IMG/VR virus record: IMGVR_UViG_2595698521_000001
Span: 1 to 64,000 of that record
DNA from: a virus
Lineage: Duplodnaviria > Caudoviricetes
Strand: one strand, 5' to 3'
Length of the DNA stretch: 64,000 nucleotides
The position numbers and the translations under genes are program-made. Under the pieces are notes generated by a model that did no database searches, had not been told where the DNA came from, and worked only from the letters and a program-made list of their open reading frames with translations. Shown piece after piece: positions 17,578-27,919 of the stretch (within the stretch, counting starts at the first letter, position 1; each line of letters starts with the position of its first letter).

Positions 17578-18142
17578 GTTTAGTTGCTCCCTTCGGTCTT
17601 ACGACACGTTTTTTATCTACTAAAGAAAGAAAGTCTTCAAGCTTCAGCATTACAAAGTCTTCAGCTTCCTGTACTCTCTTACCTTCCTTTGCTTTTTGTC
17701 TACGATGAAATGCTATGATAGGGTAGGAATTTTCCGGACAGTCGGAAATAGCTTGCTCCCACCATTCGTTTAACTTCCATACTCCATGATTCTTACATTC
17801 AATATGTAACCCGAAATCAATATCTTCATCAAGGCAAGAAAGATCACCACGAAGTAATGAGTTATCGGACGACTTCTGAAATCCACCGGAAGCAGGGGTG
17901 CGTACTAAACGCAATCCCCACTTTCTTAGGAATTTCTTAGCTACATCATTCTCGTATGTAGCTCCTTTTCGCTTACTGGCTTTTCCTTGCTTACTTAGTC
18001 GAATCTTATCTTCTAATTCCGCAACTTTCTCTGCCAATTCAGCTTTTGTCCATCCATTCAATTTCATTACTTGTTTAGGTGCTAATTGCAACATCTGCAA
18101 TTGAGTTTGGTAATGTTCGAGATTACTTACTTTTCCCGCCAT
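17441..18142 (-). CDS. Holliday junction resolvase-like PD-(D/E)XK nuclease
   Basis: SKRKGATYE, RTPASGG, GDL, IECKN. Confidence 0.75.
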   Translation of the reverse strand: MAGKVSNLEHYQTQLQMLQLAPKQVMKLNGWTKAELAEKVAELEDKIRLSKQGKASKRKGATYENDVAKKFLRKWGLRLVRTPASGGFQKSSDNSLLRGDLSCLDEDIDFGLHIECKNHGVWKLNEWWEQAISDCPENSYPIIAFHRRQKAKEGKRVQEAEDFVMLKLEDFLSLVDKKRVVRPKGATKRGNQRKKQTARNGNSTVKKRVGKLDVQGKTRVDKKNVPRLRRKVL

Positions 18143-18351
18143 TATTCAAACTGTCCTTCCCCTGTTTGGAAGTACTGCATATTAACCTTGTTAACAGGTA
18201 CGATTGTAACAGACAAGATTTTATCCTGCTCGATAGAGTGGTCATTTGCTATTCTTGTTAATACTTGCGCTTTAGTTGGTTCTTTCATATTCAGTGTGTT
18301 GCGGTAAGTACCGTCTTCCATAATAATTGTTACATTCCAATCTCTATTCAT
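18142..18351 (-). CDS. hypothetical protein
   Basis: 69-aa ORF with GAGG RBS, coupled to the next gene. Confidence 0.55.
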   Translation of the reverse strand: MNRDWNVTIIMEDGTYRNTLNMKEPTKAQVLTRIANDHSIEQDKILSVTIVPVNKVNMQYFQTGEGQFE

Positions 18352-18357
18352 CTTCCG

Positions 18358-18903
18358 TTACCTCCGTTTATTCCCGATATTTGTTTCACGTCTGTCATCC
18401 CCGAAATCTGCACTTCTGCGGGATACTTCACGTGATATATTAAAAATTCCATCGACTAAGTTTTCAAGGTAGTCTTTCAATAATCTGTGCTTTTCCTCGA
18501 ATATGTCCAAACGCTGAAGGATTAGTGCCACTTTGTCATTCGTTCTGAAATGAAGCTCTTTTTCTTTGATAGACATTTTTGCGGGTAAATCAGCATATAC
18601 ACCCGCTTTTAATCCGTCTAATTCACGACTCATTGCTTTCATATTTACTTCCATACGTCCAATCAGCGTTCTAGTCCACATCTTTTGTTGAGTAAAAGCA
18701 TTCATATGTCTGCCTAACTCGGAACTTTCGATTTCTGTAATGTCTGCGGGTAATTGCAGAAAGTTTTCTTCAACATTAGAATTGTTAAAGAGTTCAATCC
18801 CCTCTTCCAGTAGTTCATCTTCTACCGTGTCTAGTAGGGTCTTTTGCTTCTCTTTATTTGCTACGTTATTTTCTGTTTTATCTTTGCGCTTTAATTTCAC
18901 CAT
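18358..18903 (-). CDS. hypothetical coiled-coil protein (possibly a UvsY-like recombination mediator)
   Basis: 181-aa helical ORF ending ISREVSRR, next to the exonuclease; UvsY call is weak. Confidence 0.55.
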   Translation of the reverse strand: MVKLKRKDKTENNVANKEKQKTLLDTVEDELLEEGIELFNNSNVEENFLQLPADITEIESSELGRHMNAFTQQKMWTRTLIGRMEVNMKAMSRELDGLKAGVYADLPAKMSIKEKELHFRTNDKVALILQRLDIFEEKHRLLKDYLENLVDGIFNISREVSRRSADFGDDRRETNIGNKRR

Positions 18904-19072
18904 TGTTTTCTCCCCTATACTATGATTTAGTAATCATAAGTTTTGTTATACGTTCTATGACATCGAACACAAACTAATTTATAAAATAAGAAAGTTTGTT
19001 TCCACTTATGAAAGCCAATCCTACATAGGAAAGGCTTCTTCTTCTCTTCCTTACAGCACACAATTACACCTC

Positions 19073-19957
19073 CTACACTGGGAAGCATTCACTAAGATAT
19101 GAGCAGAATCTCCCTTGTGATTTACTTGTACATTCTCTACATGGAATCTTTTGTGTTCTCCATGCTTCGTTGTTGACCGCGAACTTTTCTAATACTTCTT
19201 CTATGATGTCATCTTCGAACTCAACAACAAACTCCTTCATTTCCTGCGTATCTTTGCATTCATAAAGGAGTACCGCTTTCGTAATTGGTTTAGTGACTTT
19301 GAATAAGATATTGTCCATTTGAATATGTTGTAGGACTTTATGCTTAATCTTCTCATCCCTAGTATACTTCTTACCATCCTTTAAGTGAAGATATCTTTTT
19401 CTATACGCATTTCTTCGGACTAATTCGCTTTTCTTAAAATCAGCCATTGTTGGATATGTTTCACGTAAGAATAAACGATGTTCTTCAGCAACAAACATAT
19501 ATACATGTGCTTGTGCTTTATGCTCTTCTTTTGCATCTCTTAATCCGCTAAATTGGCGGGAATTAATAGACTTCAATTCTAGTATTTCTACTTCATTCTT
19601 TTTCCCTGTCATACTAAGTATTCCATCGGTATGACCTTGTATTTCCCATTCCTCATGTACAAGCGGAACTTCGTCCATTAATAGAACTCCCATTTTCATG
19701 AGATATCCTTGTATGCGCTCATGCATTCCATGACCATTATCAAATATGCGCTGTACTCGTGGGTCTACTGAATCCTTCTTAACACCCATGCGCTGATAAT
19801 AGTTAGCACGACTACATCCTAATGCTGAAGATGGAGAGTTAGTTATGTTTACCCTGTCTTCTCCACTTTCGTTTCCGTTGACTAAAAGGAATTGGTTAAT
19901 ACGTTTCACCAGTCCATCTTGTTTCTTCATTGTTCCGAAAAGATTTCCTAAGCCCAA
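19073..19957 (-). CDS. Cas4-like PD-(D/E)XK exonuclease
   Basis: SPSS..GC.R, G...HERIQ, GHTDG, ELKS, Q...Y; C-terminal Cys residues (Fe-S staple pattern). Confidence 0.8.
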   Translation of the reverse strand: MGLGNLFGTMKKQDGLVKRINQFLLVNGNESGEDRVNITNSPSSALGCSRANYYQRMGVKKDSVDPRVQRIFDNGHGMHERIQGYLMKMGVLLMDEVPLVHEEWEIQGHTDGILSMTGKKNEVEILELKSINSRQFSGLRDAKEEHKAQAHVYMFVAEEHRLFLRETYPTMADFKKSELVRRNAYRKRYLHLKDGKKYTRDEKIKHKVLQHIQMDNILFKVTKPITKAVLLYECKDTQEMKEFVVEFEDDIIEEVLEKFAVNNEAWRTQKIPCRECTSKSQGRFCSYLSECFPV

Positions 19958-20024
19958 CGTAAATTCCTCCTTTAAATAATAAAAGAGCGGTTTTACTTTT
20001 TACTTGGTAAATGTCCGCTCTCCT

Positions 20025-20053
20025 ATTATATTATACTTGGTAATAGTGGTCAA
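20025..20053 (-). promoter_or_regulatory. SigA-like promoter with a box variant in its spacer
   Basis: TTGACC-ACTATTACCAAGTATAA(17)-TATAAT; second box variant at 20001-20014. Confidence 0.78.
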
Positions 20054-20058
20054 ATCTA

Positions 20059-21066
20059 CTATTTTGCTAGATTCAGTACCTTCAAGATATCATCATCCGT
20101 AATTGGTTGTACATTCATTGCTTTTACATAACCATTTCCCTTTTGAGAGAAGAAGTCATGATTCTTAGTTTGTGTATCTAATCCGTTCTTAACAATTGGA
20201 TTAATTTCTTCTTCCGGATATGGAGCTTCATACCCTAAGTTCATCATTGCTTTATTTGCGTTGTAACGAGTGAACTTGTTAACATCGACTGTTTCCCCTA
20301 TTGCATCATATAGAGAGCCTGTGTACTCATCCTCGTAGCGCATTAGCTCATCCAATACAGCTCTTACTTCTACTTGTACATGTTCTTTTTCTAAATCCGT
20401 TAAATGCTCGTTAAAGATTTGTTGCGCAATCAATCCAACGAATACACCGTGAATACTTTCATCTCTTAAAATCAAATTAATGATTTCTCCACTTGCTTTC
20501 ATCCTACCTTGTCCCGCTAATTTTAGTGGTAGGTAGAATCCACTATAGAACAAGTATGATTCCAATAGTACGGATACGCACATTGCCATGTATAACTCAC
20601 GTGGCGTTACGATTGGTTTTAATAATCTGCGGTAATAAGTAGTTATGATTCCCGCTTTCTTCTGCAAGAATCCGTGTTTCTCTACCCAGTCGAATACTTC
20701 TTGCGTTTCTTCTTCTGTACAGATTGTAGTGAAGATTGTACTATAACTCTTCGCATGCATACATTCCATAGCACCCATGAATTGTAGTACTGAAGCTTTC
20801 TTATCCTGCCCTAATAGTTCCGCTACGTGTAACGCTATTAATGGCATTCCGGAAAGTCCCTGCTTTGTATCAAGTAATGTTAATCCACCTAATGCACGTT
20901 TGTACGCTGATTGTACTTCCGGAGAAAGTGTATTCCATACCTCCGTATCTGCTGAAGGTGTGAATTCCGTATCTGTCCAAAATTGCGCTATGTTCTGATT
21001 CCAAAACATTAACGCTATTTCATCTTTCTCATTCCAGTTGGTTGCTTTATGAATTGTCTTAGCCAT
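20059..21066 (-). CDS. nrdF: ribonucleotide reductase class Ib beta subunit
   Basis: GLTLLD, MECMHAKSYS, LESYLFYSGF, RDESIHG, NHDFFS. Confidence 0.95.
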   Translation of the reverse strand: MAKTIHKATNWNEKDEIALMFWNQNIAQFWTDTEFTPSADTEVWNTLSPEVQSAYKRALGGLTLLDTKQGLSGMPLIALHVAELLGQDKKASVLQFMGAMECMHAKSYSTIFTTICTEEETQEVFDWVEKHGFLQKKAGIITTYYRRLLKPIVTPRELYMAMCVSVLLESYLFYSGFYLPLKLAGQGRMKASGEIINLILRDESIHGVFVGLIAQQIFNEHLTDLEKEHVQVEVRAVLDELMRYEDEYTGSLYDAIGETVDVNKFTRYNANKAMMNLGYEAPYPEEEINPIVKNGLDTQTKNHDFFSQKGNGYVKAMNVQPITDDDILKVLNLAK

Positions 21067-21460
21067 TGTTCTGCTCCTTTACTATCTCGTATCTATCGTT
21101 AAAATCTTTTGCGGACATCATTTTCAACGTCCCGTCTTTTCGTCTAATAACGTAATCCCCGTCTTGTACTACTTGTCCTATACCATACTGCGAATCGTTC
21201 TCCAATCCCTTTACAGGAATCCAAGCCCATGCAGGATGTTGGACATTTCTTGTACCGTGTTTGTCTTGATAGTATAAAGGCATATCCCACGGTACTTCCC
21301 ATAGTTGAGTTACTTTACCGTAGCTATGTTCCTTGTATATACTTCCGTATGCTTCTCCTTCACTATTAATTTTCCGCATGGAAATTAATCCTTCAATCTG
21401 CATACCTTTTCTCCATTGAACTGCTTCTACATTTAATTGCTTCTGTACGTATAGATTCAC
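21059..21460 (-). CDS. hypothetical phage protein (VEAVQW...GDYVI family)
   Basis: VEAVQW and GDYVIR motifs; inserted between nrdE and nrdF. Confidence 0.6.
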   Translation of the reverse strand: MNLYVQKQLNVEAVQWRKGMQIEGLISMRKINSEGEAYGSIYKEHSYGKVTQLWEVPWDMPLYYQDKHGTRNVQHPAWAWIPVKGLENDSQYGIGQVVQDGDYVIRRKDGTLKMMSAKDFNDRYEIVKEQNNG

Positions 21461-21475
21461 GTTATTTCCTCCTTT

Positions 21476-23605
21476 TTATACTGCGCAAACTTCACATTCT
21501 TCTACCGATAATTTTCTAGTACGAGTGTAGTAAAGGCTCTTCAGACCTTTCTTGTACGCATATAAATAATACATAGCAAGCTCGTTTGTTGCGATATCAC
21601 TATTTACATACAAAATAGTACTAATGCCTTGGTCAACGTGTGGTTGTATTTCTGCGATTAAGTCAATCAGTTTGTACATGCTCATATCGTAAGCAGGTTT
21701 ATACATTAAGAAATTCTGTTTAGATAAGTATGGAGCAGGGAAGTACGTTTCTGCATTTTGGTATGTTCTCGGTTCGATTTTATGCGTAATTGGCATAACC
21801 GATTGAGTAGCGTTCTGCACATATCCAATACTTTGTGTAGGTGCAATTGCTAATCTATATCCGTTGTACATTCCTGTTAGCTTTACTGTATTACTTAATG
21901 CTAACCATTCTGCTTTACCCGGAATTTCGATTCCTTCAAACAGCTTTTTAACTTTCTCTGTTTTAGGTGAGAAGTCATTAACTAAATACTTATCGAAATA
22001 TTTTCCGGAAGCATAATCCGATTTCTCGAATCCTTTAAATGTTTCACCTTTTCTCAATGCTATTTCTGCGCTTGCTTCAATTGAGTAATAGTTCAACATC
22101 ATGAAGAATGTACGAGCAAAGTCTTTCGCTTCTTCAGATTCATAAGCAATCAAGTTTTTAGATAAGTAGCCATGTAAGTTCATAGCTCCTAATCCTACTG
22201 AATGTAATTCTTCATTTGCTTTTTTAACACCTGGGGCGTTTTGGATCACCGACATATCTGATACCGCAGTTAATGCGTACATTGCATTATGGATAATCAT
22301 ACGTAGTCGCTTGTCTTCCATTACGTTTACGATGTTTAGTGAACCTAAGTTACAGCTAATATCGTTACGAATAATGTCTTCTTCTCCATAATCCGTAATT
22401 GTTGATACTTCGGATAGTTGGAAGATTTCTGTACAAAGATTAGACATTTTAACTTCGCCTATTTCGCTAAGTGGATGATTGTCTCCATTTGCATTCCCTT
22501 TGTACATTAAGTACGGGTATCCGCTCTCTTGTTGTGTAATAGCTATACGAGTTAACATGTCTCTTCCCGTCATAACTTCACCGCTGTTATTCTTTGGTTG
22601 ATATTTACGAACACGGTCATCTTTTACTAAGATGTCATACATTAAGTCCATATCAATATCATCCAACGCTACACCGAAATATTTCTCCACGTCATAAGGT
22701 GAGAATGTGTAGAATGGTTTATTTTCGATTACTAGTTGCATGAATTTATCCGGAACAATAACACCGATTGACATAGATTGAATTCTGCTCTTTTCATCTA
22801 CGTTAATTCGTTTTGTATCTAACATGCGGATAATGTCCATATGGAAGATATTTAAGTAAGTTGCTCCTGCACCTTTTCGCTGTCCTAATTGGTTTGCGTA
22901 AGAGAATGCATCTTCTAATAACTTCATTACTGGAACAATACCGCTACTTGCTCCCTCGATTTCTTTAATCGGGTCTGAAGTAGCTCTTATTTTAGATAAG
23001 TTTAATGCTACTCCACCGCCAATTTTCGATAACTGCATTGCTTTGTTAATTGCAAATCCAATTCCGTTTAAATCGTCCCCAACTTCAGTAAGGAAGCATG
23101 ATACTAATTCACCACGTCTTGCTTTTCCACTATTTAAGAAGGTAGGCGTTGCGGGTTGATATAGTTGTTTTCCGATAATTTCAGCATAGCGTCTAGCTTG
23201 TTCAAAGTCCCCTCTTGCTAAATACAGAGAAACGATTACCACACGGTCTTCGTAGAACTCTAAATACTTTCGTTTGTCTTCAGCTTTTTCATTCGATTTA
23301 AGCGCATAGTCTAAATAGAATTTGCTGATTGCCATATACGATTGGAATTCGAATCCGTATAAGAATACTTCATCTGATAATTCTTTAATCTGCTCTTCTG
23401 AATATTGTCGTAGTACTTCCGGATAGTAATAGTTGTTATCCACTAACCATTTAATTCTCCCAATAACTCCACCCTCGAAATTCTTCATCTTCGGCAATAC
23501 TTCTTCATAATAAAAAGCATCAATCGCTTCTTTATCATGATGCAACTTGTAAAAACCGCTTTCGTCCTTCTCTGTAATTTTATTGTTTAGCTCAACGTGT
23601 CTCAA
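21476..23605 (-). CDS. nrdE: ribonucleotide reductase class Ib alpha subunit
   Basis: YQPATPTFLN, LVSCFL, SNLCTEI, AIAPT, KSLYY, C-terminal CEVC. Confidence 0.96.
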   Translation of the reverse strand: MRHVELNNKITEKDESGFYKLHHDKEAIDAFYYEEVLPKMKNFEGGVIGRIKWLVDNNYYYPEVLRQYSEEQIKELSDEVFLYGFEFQSYMAISKFYLDYALKSNEKAEDKRKYLEFYEDRVVIVSLYLARGDFEQARRYAEIIGKQLYQPATPTFLNSGKARRGELVSCFLTEVGDDLNGIGFAINKAMQLSKIGGGVALNLSKIRATSDPIKEIEGASSGIVPVMKLLEDAFSYANQLGQRKGAGATYLNIFHMDIIRMLDTKRINVDEKSRIQSMSIGVIVPDKFMQLVIENKPFYTFSPYDVEKYFGVALDDIDMDLMYDILVKDDRVRKYQPKNNSGEVMTGRDMLTRIAITQQESGYPYLMYKGNANGDNHPLSEIGEVKMSNLCTEIFQLSEVSTITDYGEEDIIRNDISCNLGSLNIVNVMEDKRLRMIIHNAMYALTAVSDMSVIQNAPGVKKANEELHSVGLGAMNLHGYLSKNLIAYESEEAKDFARTFFMMLNYYSIEASAEIALRKGETFKGFEKSDYASGKYFDKYLVNDFSPKTEKVKKLFEGIEIPGKAEWLALSNTVKLTGMYNGYRLAIAPTQSIGYVQNATQSVMPITHKIEPRTYQNAETYFPAPYLSKQNFLMYKPAYDMSMYKLIDLIAEIQPHVDQGISTILYVNSDIATNELAMYYLYAYKKGLKSLYYTRTRKLSVEECEVCAV

Positions 23606-23969
23606 TACCTTCCACTCCTTCTACAAAATCTTTAACATCTTTTTCTGTCCCGAACATTTCAAATTTTAGTATGACCGGAACATTGTACTTCTTCGATATG
23701 ATATCAGCAGGTTTTGCATAATTGCTTCCCCAGTTCACATTCCCACTACAAGCGACACCCTTCATGTATGTATGTACAGCTTCCGCATTCTTCTGTAAAA
23801 AGTCGATTGTTTCAAGCGGAACATTCCCAAAACCTGTTGCATGAGTGACTAAAATAAACGGAGAAGTTATAGTTTCAACCTCTCCGATGGAATCTGAATC
23901 ATAGGGTAGTTTGTTGCAAAATCGCTTCGTGTTGCCGGTTTTGCTGTCATAATAAATTTTCATTAGCAA
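23592..23969 (-). CDS. nrdI: flavodoxin NrdI
   Basis: YDSKTGNT, TGFG, SGNVNWG, FEMFGT. Confidence 0.92.
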   Translation of the reverse strand: MLMKIYYDSKTGNTKRFCNKLPYDSDSIGEVETITSPFILVTHATGFGNVPLETIDFLQKNAEAVHTYMKGVACSGNVNWGSNYAKPADIISKKYNVPVILKFEMFGTEKDVKDFVEGVEGIETR

Positions 23970-24007
23970 CTCACTCCCGTAAAGTAATTCTAGCTCCTTT
24001 TTTCTAG

Positions 24008-24523
24008 TTAATCAATATAGTTTGCCAACTCATTCATATCTAAAATTACTAGATGTTGATTTGTAGCGGAAAATTCGACACCATATGCTCGATTTGGTTC
24101 TCTAAAAATACCACTCATTTGATCACCATGAAGCATGCACGATTTAGATTTCGCATTAATGATTCCTCCCACCATACGGAAGTGTTCATTTAGTCCTAGT
24201 CCTATGTAATCATTTTTGTCTAATACCGCTAACTGGACGTAATTAGCTATGTCTATTTGCAACAATGGCATGCGTAAGTTGTCTCTTAATGCTTCCTTCG
24301 CTATCTTATCCCATATCGTTAACTTCAGCGAATATTTTCCCGCATCCGTAAATTTATTCTCAATAAGAAAATCTCCGGAATTAAATTGTCCTGCTTCTAA
24401 TGTTCCTGTTCTTCCATCTGCTTTAGCAAACCAAATTGCTCCGGACGCTAACTGCACTTTCCCACCTAATTGTTCAGCTACACGCTGTTCTTGCTTTTGC
24501 GACTTCCTTTTTATATAAGACAC
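24008..24523 (-). CDS. PD-(D/E)XK endonuclease (resolvase-like)
   Basis: SQKQE.RVA..LGG...ASGA...KAD...LIENK. Confidence 0.7.
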   Translation of the reverse strand: MSYIKRKSQKQEQRVAEQLGGKVQLASGAIWFAKADGRTGTLEAGQFNSGDFLIENKFTDAGKYSLKLTIWDKIAKEALRDNLRMPLLQIDIANYVQLAVLDKNDYIGLGLNEHFRMVGGIINAKSKSCMLHGDQMSGIFREPNRAYGVEFSATNQHLVILDMNELANYID

Positions 24524-25019
24524 TCCAAAAACCCCTCTTCACGTAAGTATATTCTTTTCCGGTAGGAACACCGTTATCTGTCTTCCATCTTTTAAGACGT
24601 TGATTTGAAATACCCCATTTAATTGCTATCTCTCCGTCACGTAATCCTTCGAATTTTAGTTGGTAATAGTGCATTGGCTCATATGGTATGTAAGTTCTAC
24701 TGCCGAAATGGACATCAGTTAGGTTTTGTTTCTCGATGAGTGCATTCAATCTTGTATGATGCATTTTAAGTTCTGTTGCTACCTCGGATTTGTTTAGTCC
24801 TTGATTTGCTAACATAACAACTTTTTCGGCTAAGTACGGATTATCCTCTTTTAACAATCCTCTTAATCCAAACTTATATTTATAGTGTTCGAATTTTTCC
24901 TTCGTTGTACCTAAATGCTCTGCAATATGGATATCTAATAAGAATTCCGCTTGCAACTTGTAATACTCATCCTCTGTAACTGGATATCCTTCCAACGGAA
25001 TAACTAACTCCCTTACCAA
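24474..25019 (-). CDS. multi-HTH DNA-binding protein
   Basis: three HTH-like units (IAEHLG, VATELK, IAIKWGIS...RWK). Confidence 0.6.
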   Translation of the reverse strand: MVRELVIPLEGYPVTEDEYYKLQAEFLLDIHIAEHLGTTKEKFEHYKYKFGLRGLLKEDNPYLAEKVVMLANQGLNKSEVATELKMHHTRLNALIEKQNLTDVHFGSRTYIPYEPMHYYQLKFEGLRDGEIAIKWGISNQRLKRWKTDNGVPTGKEYTYVKRGFWSVLYKKEVAKARTACS

Positions 25020-25059
25020 TTTAAAGCACCCCTTCAGTATATATTTATATATGTTTTCT

Positions 25060-25620
25060 TTATTTAATAATATGTTCTACTTTACCGCTAGTAATGTTAA
25101 TTCGTGGTTCGCTACCCTGTCTTTCGATTAGATTTCTTAGGAATCCAATTTCTTCTCCCATATGCTGTACTAGCATTTGTGTAGATGTATCAGTAGACAG
25201 GGTATTCATTTGCTGTTTGAGCGCATCAATTTGTGCCACAAGCTCGTCATTTGACTTCAATAGGTATTTGTTATGCTCTTCTAGTTTCTCTCTATCCTGC
25301 CTAAATTCAGCAAGCTCCGCTTTTAGTGCTTTTTCATTTGCTTTATATGTATCCTCCATGTTGATTAATCTGTGTTCATATGTTTCCTTCATGTCCTTCT
25401 TCGTTTGTTTCTGCACTTCATCAATTAATGAATCAACTTCCATTTCTATATTGCCGAAAATATTAGCGATTACGTCCGGTGAAGCAAATTCCGTTTCCAT
25501 TTCCACTTCATGCATCATCGGACCACGTGTTACTGATTTAATCCATACAATTCTAAATTTGTTTACTTCCGGTTCTGCATTTAAAGTGTCCTCTAACATA
25601 TCACGAATAATTTTAGCCAT
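25060..25620 (-). CDS. coiled-coil hypothetical protein
   Basis: 186-aa ORF with AAGGAG RBS; heptad-rich. Confidence 0.65.
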   Translation of the reverse strand: MAKIIRDMLEDTLNAEPEVNKFRIVWIKSVTRGPMMHEVEMETEFASPDVIANIFGNIEMEVDSLIDEVQKQTKKDMKETYEHRLINMEDTYKANEKALKAELAEFRQDREKLEEHNKYLLKSNDELVAQIDALKQQMNTLSTDTSTQMLVQHMGEEIGFLRNLIERQGSEPRINITSGKVEHIIK

Positions 25621-25740
25621 TATTTGTACATCTCCTTTATTCTTAGTGCGCTATCGCAAATACGAGCCAATTCCATAAGTGATAAGGAGCGTAAATGCTC
25701 CCTATCGTATGGAAGAATTTTTGTAATCGTTTCTATCAAA

Positions 25741-25980
25741 CTAGAATGAATCCTTCTTCTTTCGTCCATTGTCATATGCGTATCCCTGCCAAAACACACA
25801 ATAGGTTCTATTCTCTTCTTTGACTAAATCCCATTCCGTTACCGATGTATTCTCACACTCATCGTCATCGTTAAAGAATACACACGACTGACAATTTGCA
25901 ACATGTTTCGCTTTGCTCGGACTGTCTCTTAGATGTTTACTGAATTGATTAAAACCTCTCTTGCGTTCCCCTTTTTTCAT
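25741..25980 (-). CDS. small Cys-rich protein
   Basis: CQSC...C...C. Confidence 0.55.
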   Translation of the reverse strand: MKKGERKRGFNQFSKHLRDSPSKAKHVANCQSCVFFNDDDECENTSVTEWDLVKEENRTYCVFWQGYAYDNGRKKKDSF

Positions 25981-26402
25981 TCTTTTCTCTCCCTAAACTC
26001 TTTCATCATATCCGCTACTGACGTAAGCCTTTTAATCTCGACTAATGATTTTGTGTAGTTCTCCATAAGTGAATTGAATTCAGCAATAGTGAAAACTACT
26101 ACACCCATCTCGTACTCATCTTCATACGGGTTATGATGTGGAGGTGGTTGTATTCCAAGCTCCACCCAATCCTTCATATAGTCCCGCTTCTCAATGTTTA
26201 CTTTTCCGGATTCTTTAAGAGCATGTGCCAAGTTATGACACATCTCATGCGTGATTCTTTCTATGTGGTCATAAGGACTATTTTTCATATGCTCCGGAAT
26301 AATAACACGTGACTGTAGTAAGTTTTCATTTACTGCATTTACTAATGCTCTTCCTTGTGGTAATTGCTGATAATCGTATTTACCATCCTTTAGCGTAATC
26401 AT
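25977..26402 (-). CDS. hypothetical protein
   Basis: 141-aa coupled ORF. Confidence 0.6.
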   Translation of the reverse strand: MITLKDGKYDYQQLPQGRALVNAVNENLLQSRVIIPEHMKNSPYDHIERITHEMCHNLAHALKESGKVNIEKRDYMKDWVELGIQPPPHHNPYEDEYEMGVVVFTIAEFNSLMENYTKSLVEIKRLTSVADMMKEFRERKE

Positions 26403-26591
26403 TTATTCATCGTCCCCCACTAAGAAATAAACTACTGTTTTAAGTGTTACAGCTAAAACAAACATCTTCCAAAATCCCACGCTTGTTTCAAATACAAACC
26501 ACATGCAGAATTTCATTAATCCTGCGATTACTCCAAATACAATGATTGCTATTAGGAAGTCGGTCTTACTTGCTATATTAATCTTACTCAT
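26403..26591 (-). CDS. small two-TM membrane protein
   Basis: two hydrophobic helices; coupled to the recA stop. Confidence 0.55.
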   Translation of the reverse strand: MSKINIASKTDFLIAIIVFGVIAGLMKFCMWFVFETSVGFWKMFVLAVTLKTVVYFLVGDDE

Positions 26592-27898
26592 TATGCTGTC
26601 GCCTTCTTTCTTCCTCCGGTTTTCTTAGCAGTAGATTTCTTGGCAGTTGATGCTTTCTTAGCCTTTGCTGTCGCTTTAGCTTCTGCTTCCTTTGCTAACT
26701 TCTCTGTAATTTCTTCAGCTTTAGCTAGTTCTCCTGCATCTACACCTTCGTCATACTCTAATAACTCCGGATTACTTTCTTTGATTCCCGCAAGTTCTTC
26801 CTCGTGTGCAGAAAGTGCTACTTTCATAGTTTCCGCTTTTAATTGCTCGTACAAGTCCGGACGTTCTCGTAACGCTTGAACAAATGCGTTCTCACCATTT
26901 ACTTTTACATCTCCGTATGAAATCCAGTTTCCGGATTTTTCAGTAACTCCATATGCGATACCTTCAATAACAATCTCTTTGAAGTTATCAATATGTCCTT
27001 TAGGAACAACTCCACCCTCATCATTGTAGAAGTCCCATTCTCCTGTTCTAAATGGTACAGATACTTTAGATTTATTAATCTTGAATCTAACTTGCTGACC
27101 GATGATTTGAGTGTTAACTCCTGTTCCGGTTTTAATCCATTCCCCACGTTTTAAGTAGATATCCAGTGAAGCAGTAAATCCAATCGCACGTCCACCAGGA
27201 GTAAACTCCGGATTTCCATGCATAACACCGATCTTTTCACGAATTTGGTTAATACCGATTACAGTACAAGGGAACAATCCTTTTCGAGAAAGAATATTGT
27301 TTGCCGCTTGGAACTTTCTAAAATACTCGTCGAATAGTTTTGGCTTTAATCCCATCTGTACCGACTCATCCATCTCTGAATCTCGTTCCTTAGTAGGCAC
27401 TAAAGATGCTAAACTATCAAATACGATTAATTGCGCAATACCGTTTACTTGTAGTTGATACGCTACTTCAAGACTTTCCTCCATCCCTCCGGATTCACTA
27501 AGGATTAGTCTTTCCGTATCAATACCGATTTGTTCCGCATATTCCATTGTGAAGGAAGCATTCTCCCCTTGAATCAATGCAACTTGTAACGGTACTTTCT
27601 TCCCGTCAACAACCATCGTTGTATTTTGGAATTCTCGGATTCCATGATAAACAGTAGAAGATTTTGAAGCACTAAATGCTCCGGCTACTTGAATGAATCG
27701 TCCTACTGGGTATCCACCACCGATTGCAATATCTAATCCAATACTTCCCGTAGATACTCGAATTGTATTCTCCGCTTTTATATCACTTGCTTTACGTAGA
27801 ATGTTCATACCGAATTTCTTCTCTAGCTCCTGCTGTACTTTAGCTAAAGACTTCATTTCTCTATCTGCGGGTTTAACGGGTGCTTTCTTTGTCGCCAT
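26591..27898 (-). CDS. recA: RecA-like recombinase
   Basis: STGSIGLDIAIGGGYPVGR, IVFDSLA, INQIREKIG, TPGGRA, KINKSKV; atypical Walker A. Confidence 0.9.
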   Translation of the reverse strand: MATKKAPVKPADREMKSLAKVQQELEKKFGMNILRKASDIKAENTIRVSTGSIGLDIAIGGGYPVGRFIQVAGAFSASKSSTVYHGIREFQNTTMVVDGKKVPLQVALIQGENASFTMEYAEQIGIDTERLILSESGGMEESLEVAYQLQVNGIAQLIVFDSLASLVPTKERDSEMDESVQMGLKPKLFDEYFRKFQAANNILSRKGLFPCTVIGINQIREKIGVMHGNPEFTPGGRAIGFTASLDIYLKRGEWIKTGTGVNTQIIGQQVRFKINKSKVSVPFRTGEWDFYNDEGGVVPKGHIDNFKEIVIEGIAYGVTEKSGNWISYGDVKVNGENAFVQALRERPDLYEQLKAETMKVALSAHEEELAGIKESNPELLEYDEGVDAGELAKAEEITEKLAKEAEAKATAKAKKASTAKKSTAKKTGGRKKATA

Positions 27899-27919
27899 TT
27901 AATCAATCCTCTTTCTCTA

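Noticed and set aside
19073-19957. CRISPR-Cas locus suggested by the Cas4-like gene
   Set aside because: No repeat-spacer array or other cas genes; solo Cas4-like exonucleases are common in phage recombination modules.
25094-25678. Plus-strand ORFs in the track (this 194-aa one, 32039..32554, 33167..33625 and those within the tape measure gene)
   Set aside because: They are antisense shadows of well-supported minus-strand genes, Ser/Phe/Leu-rich and without RBSs.
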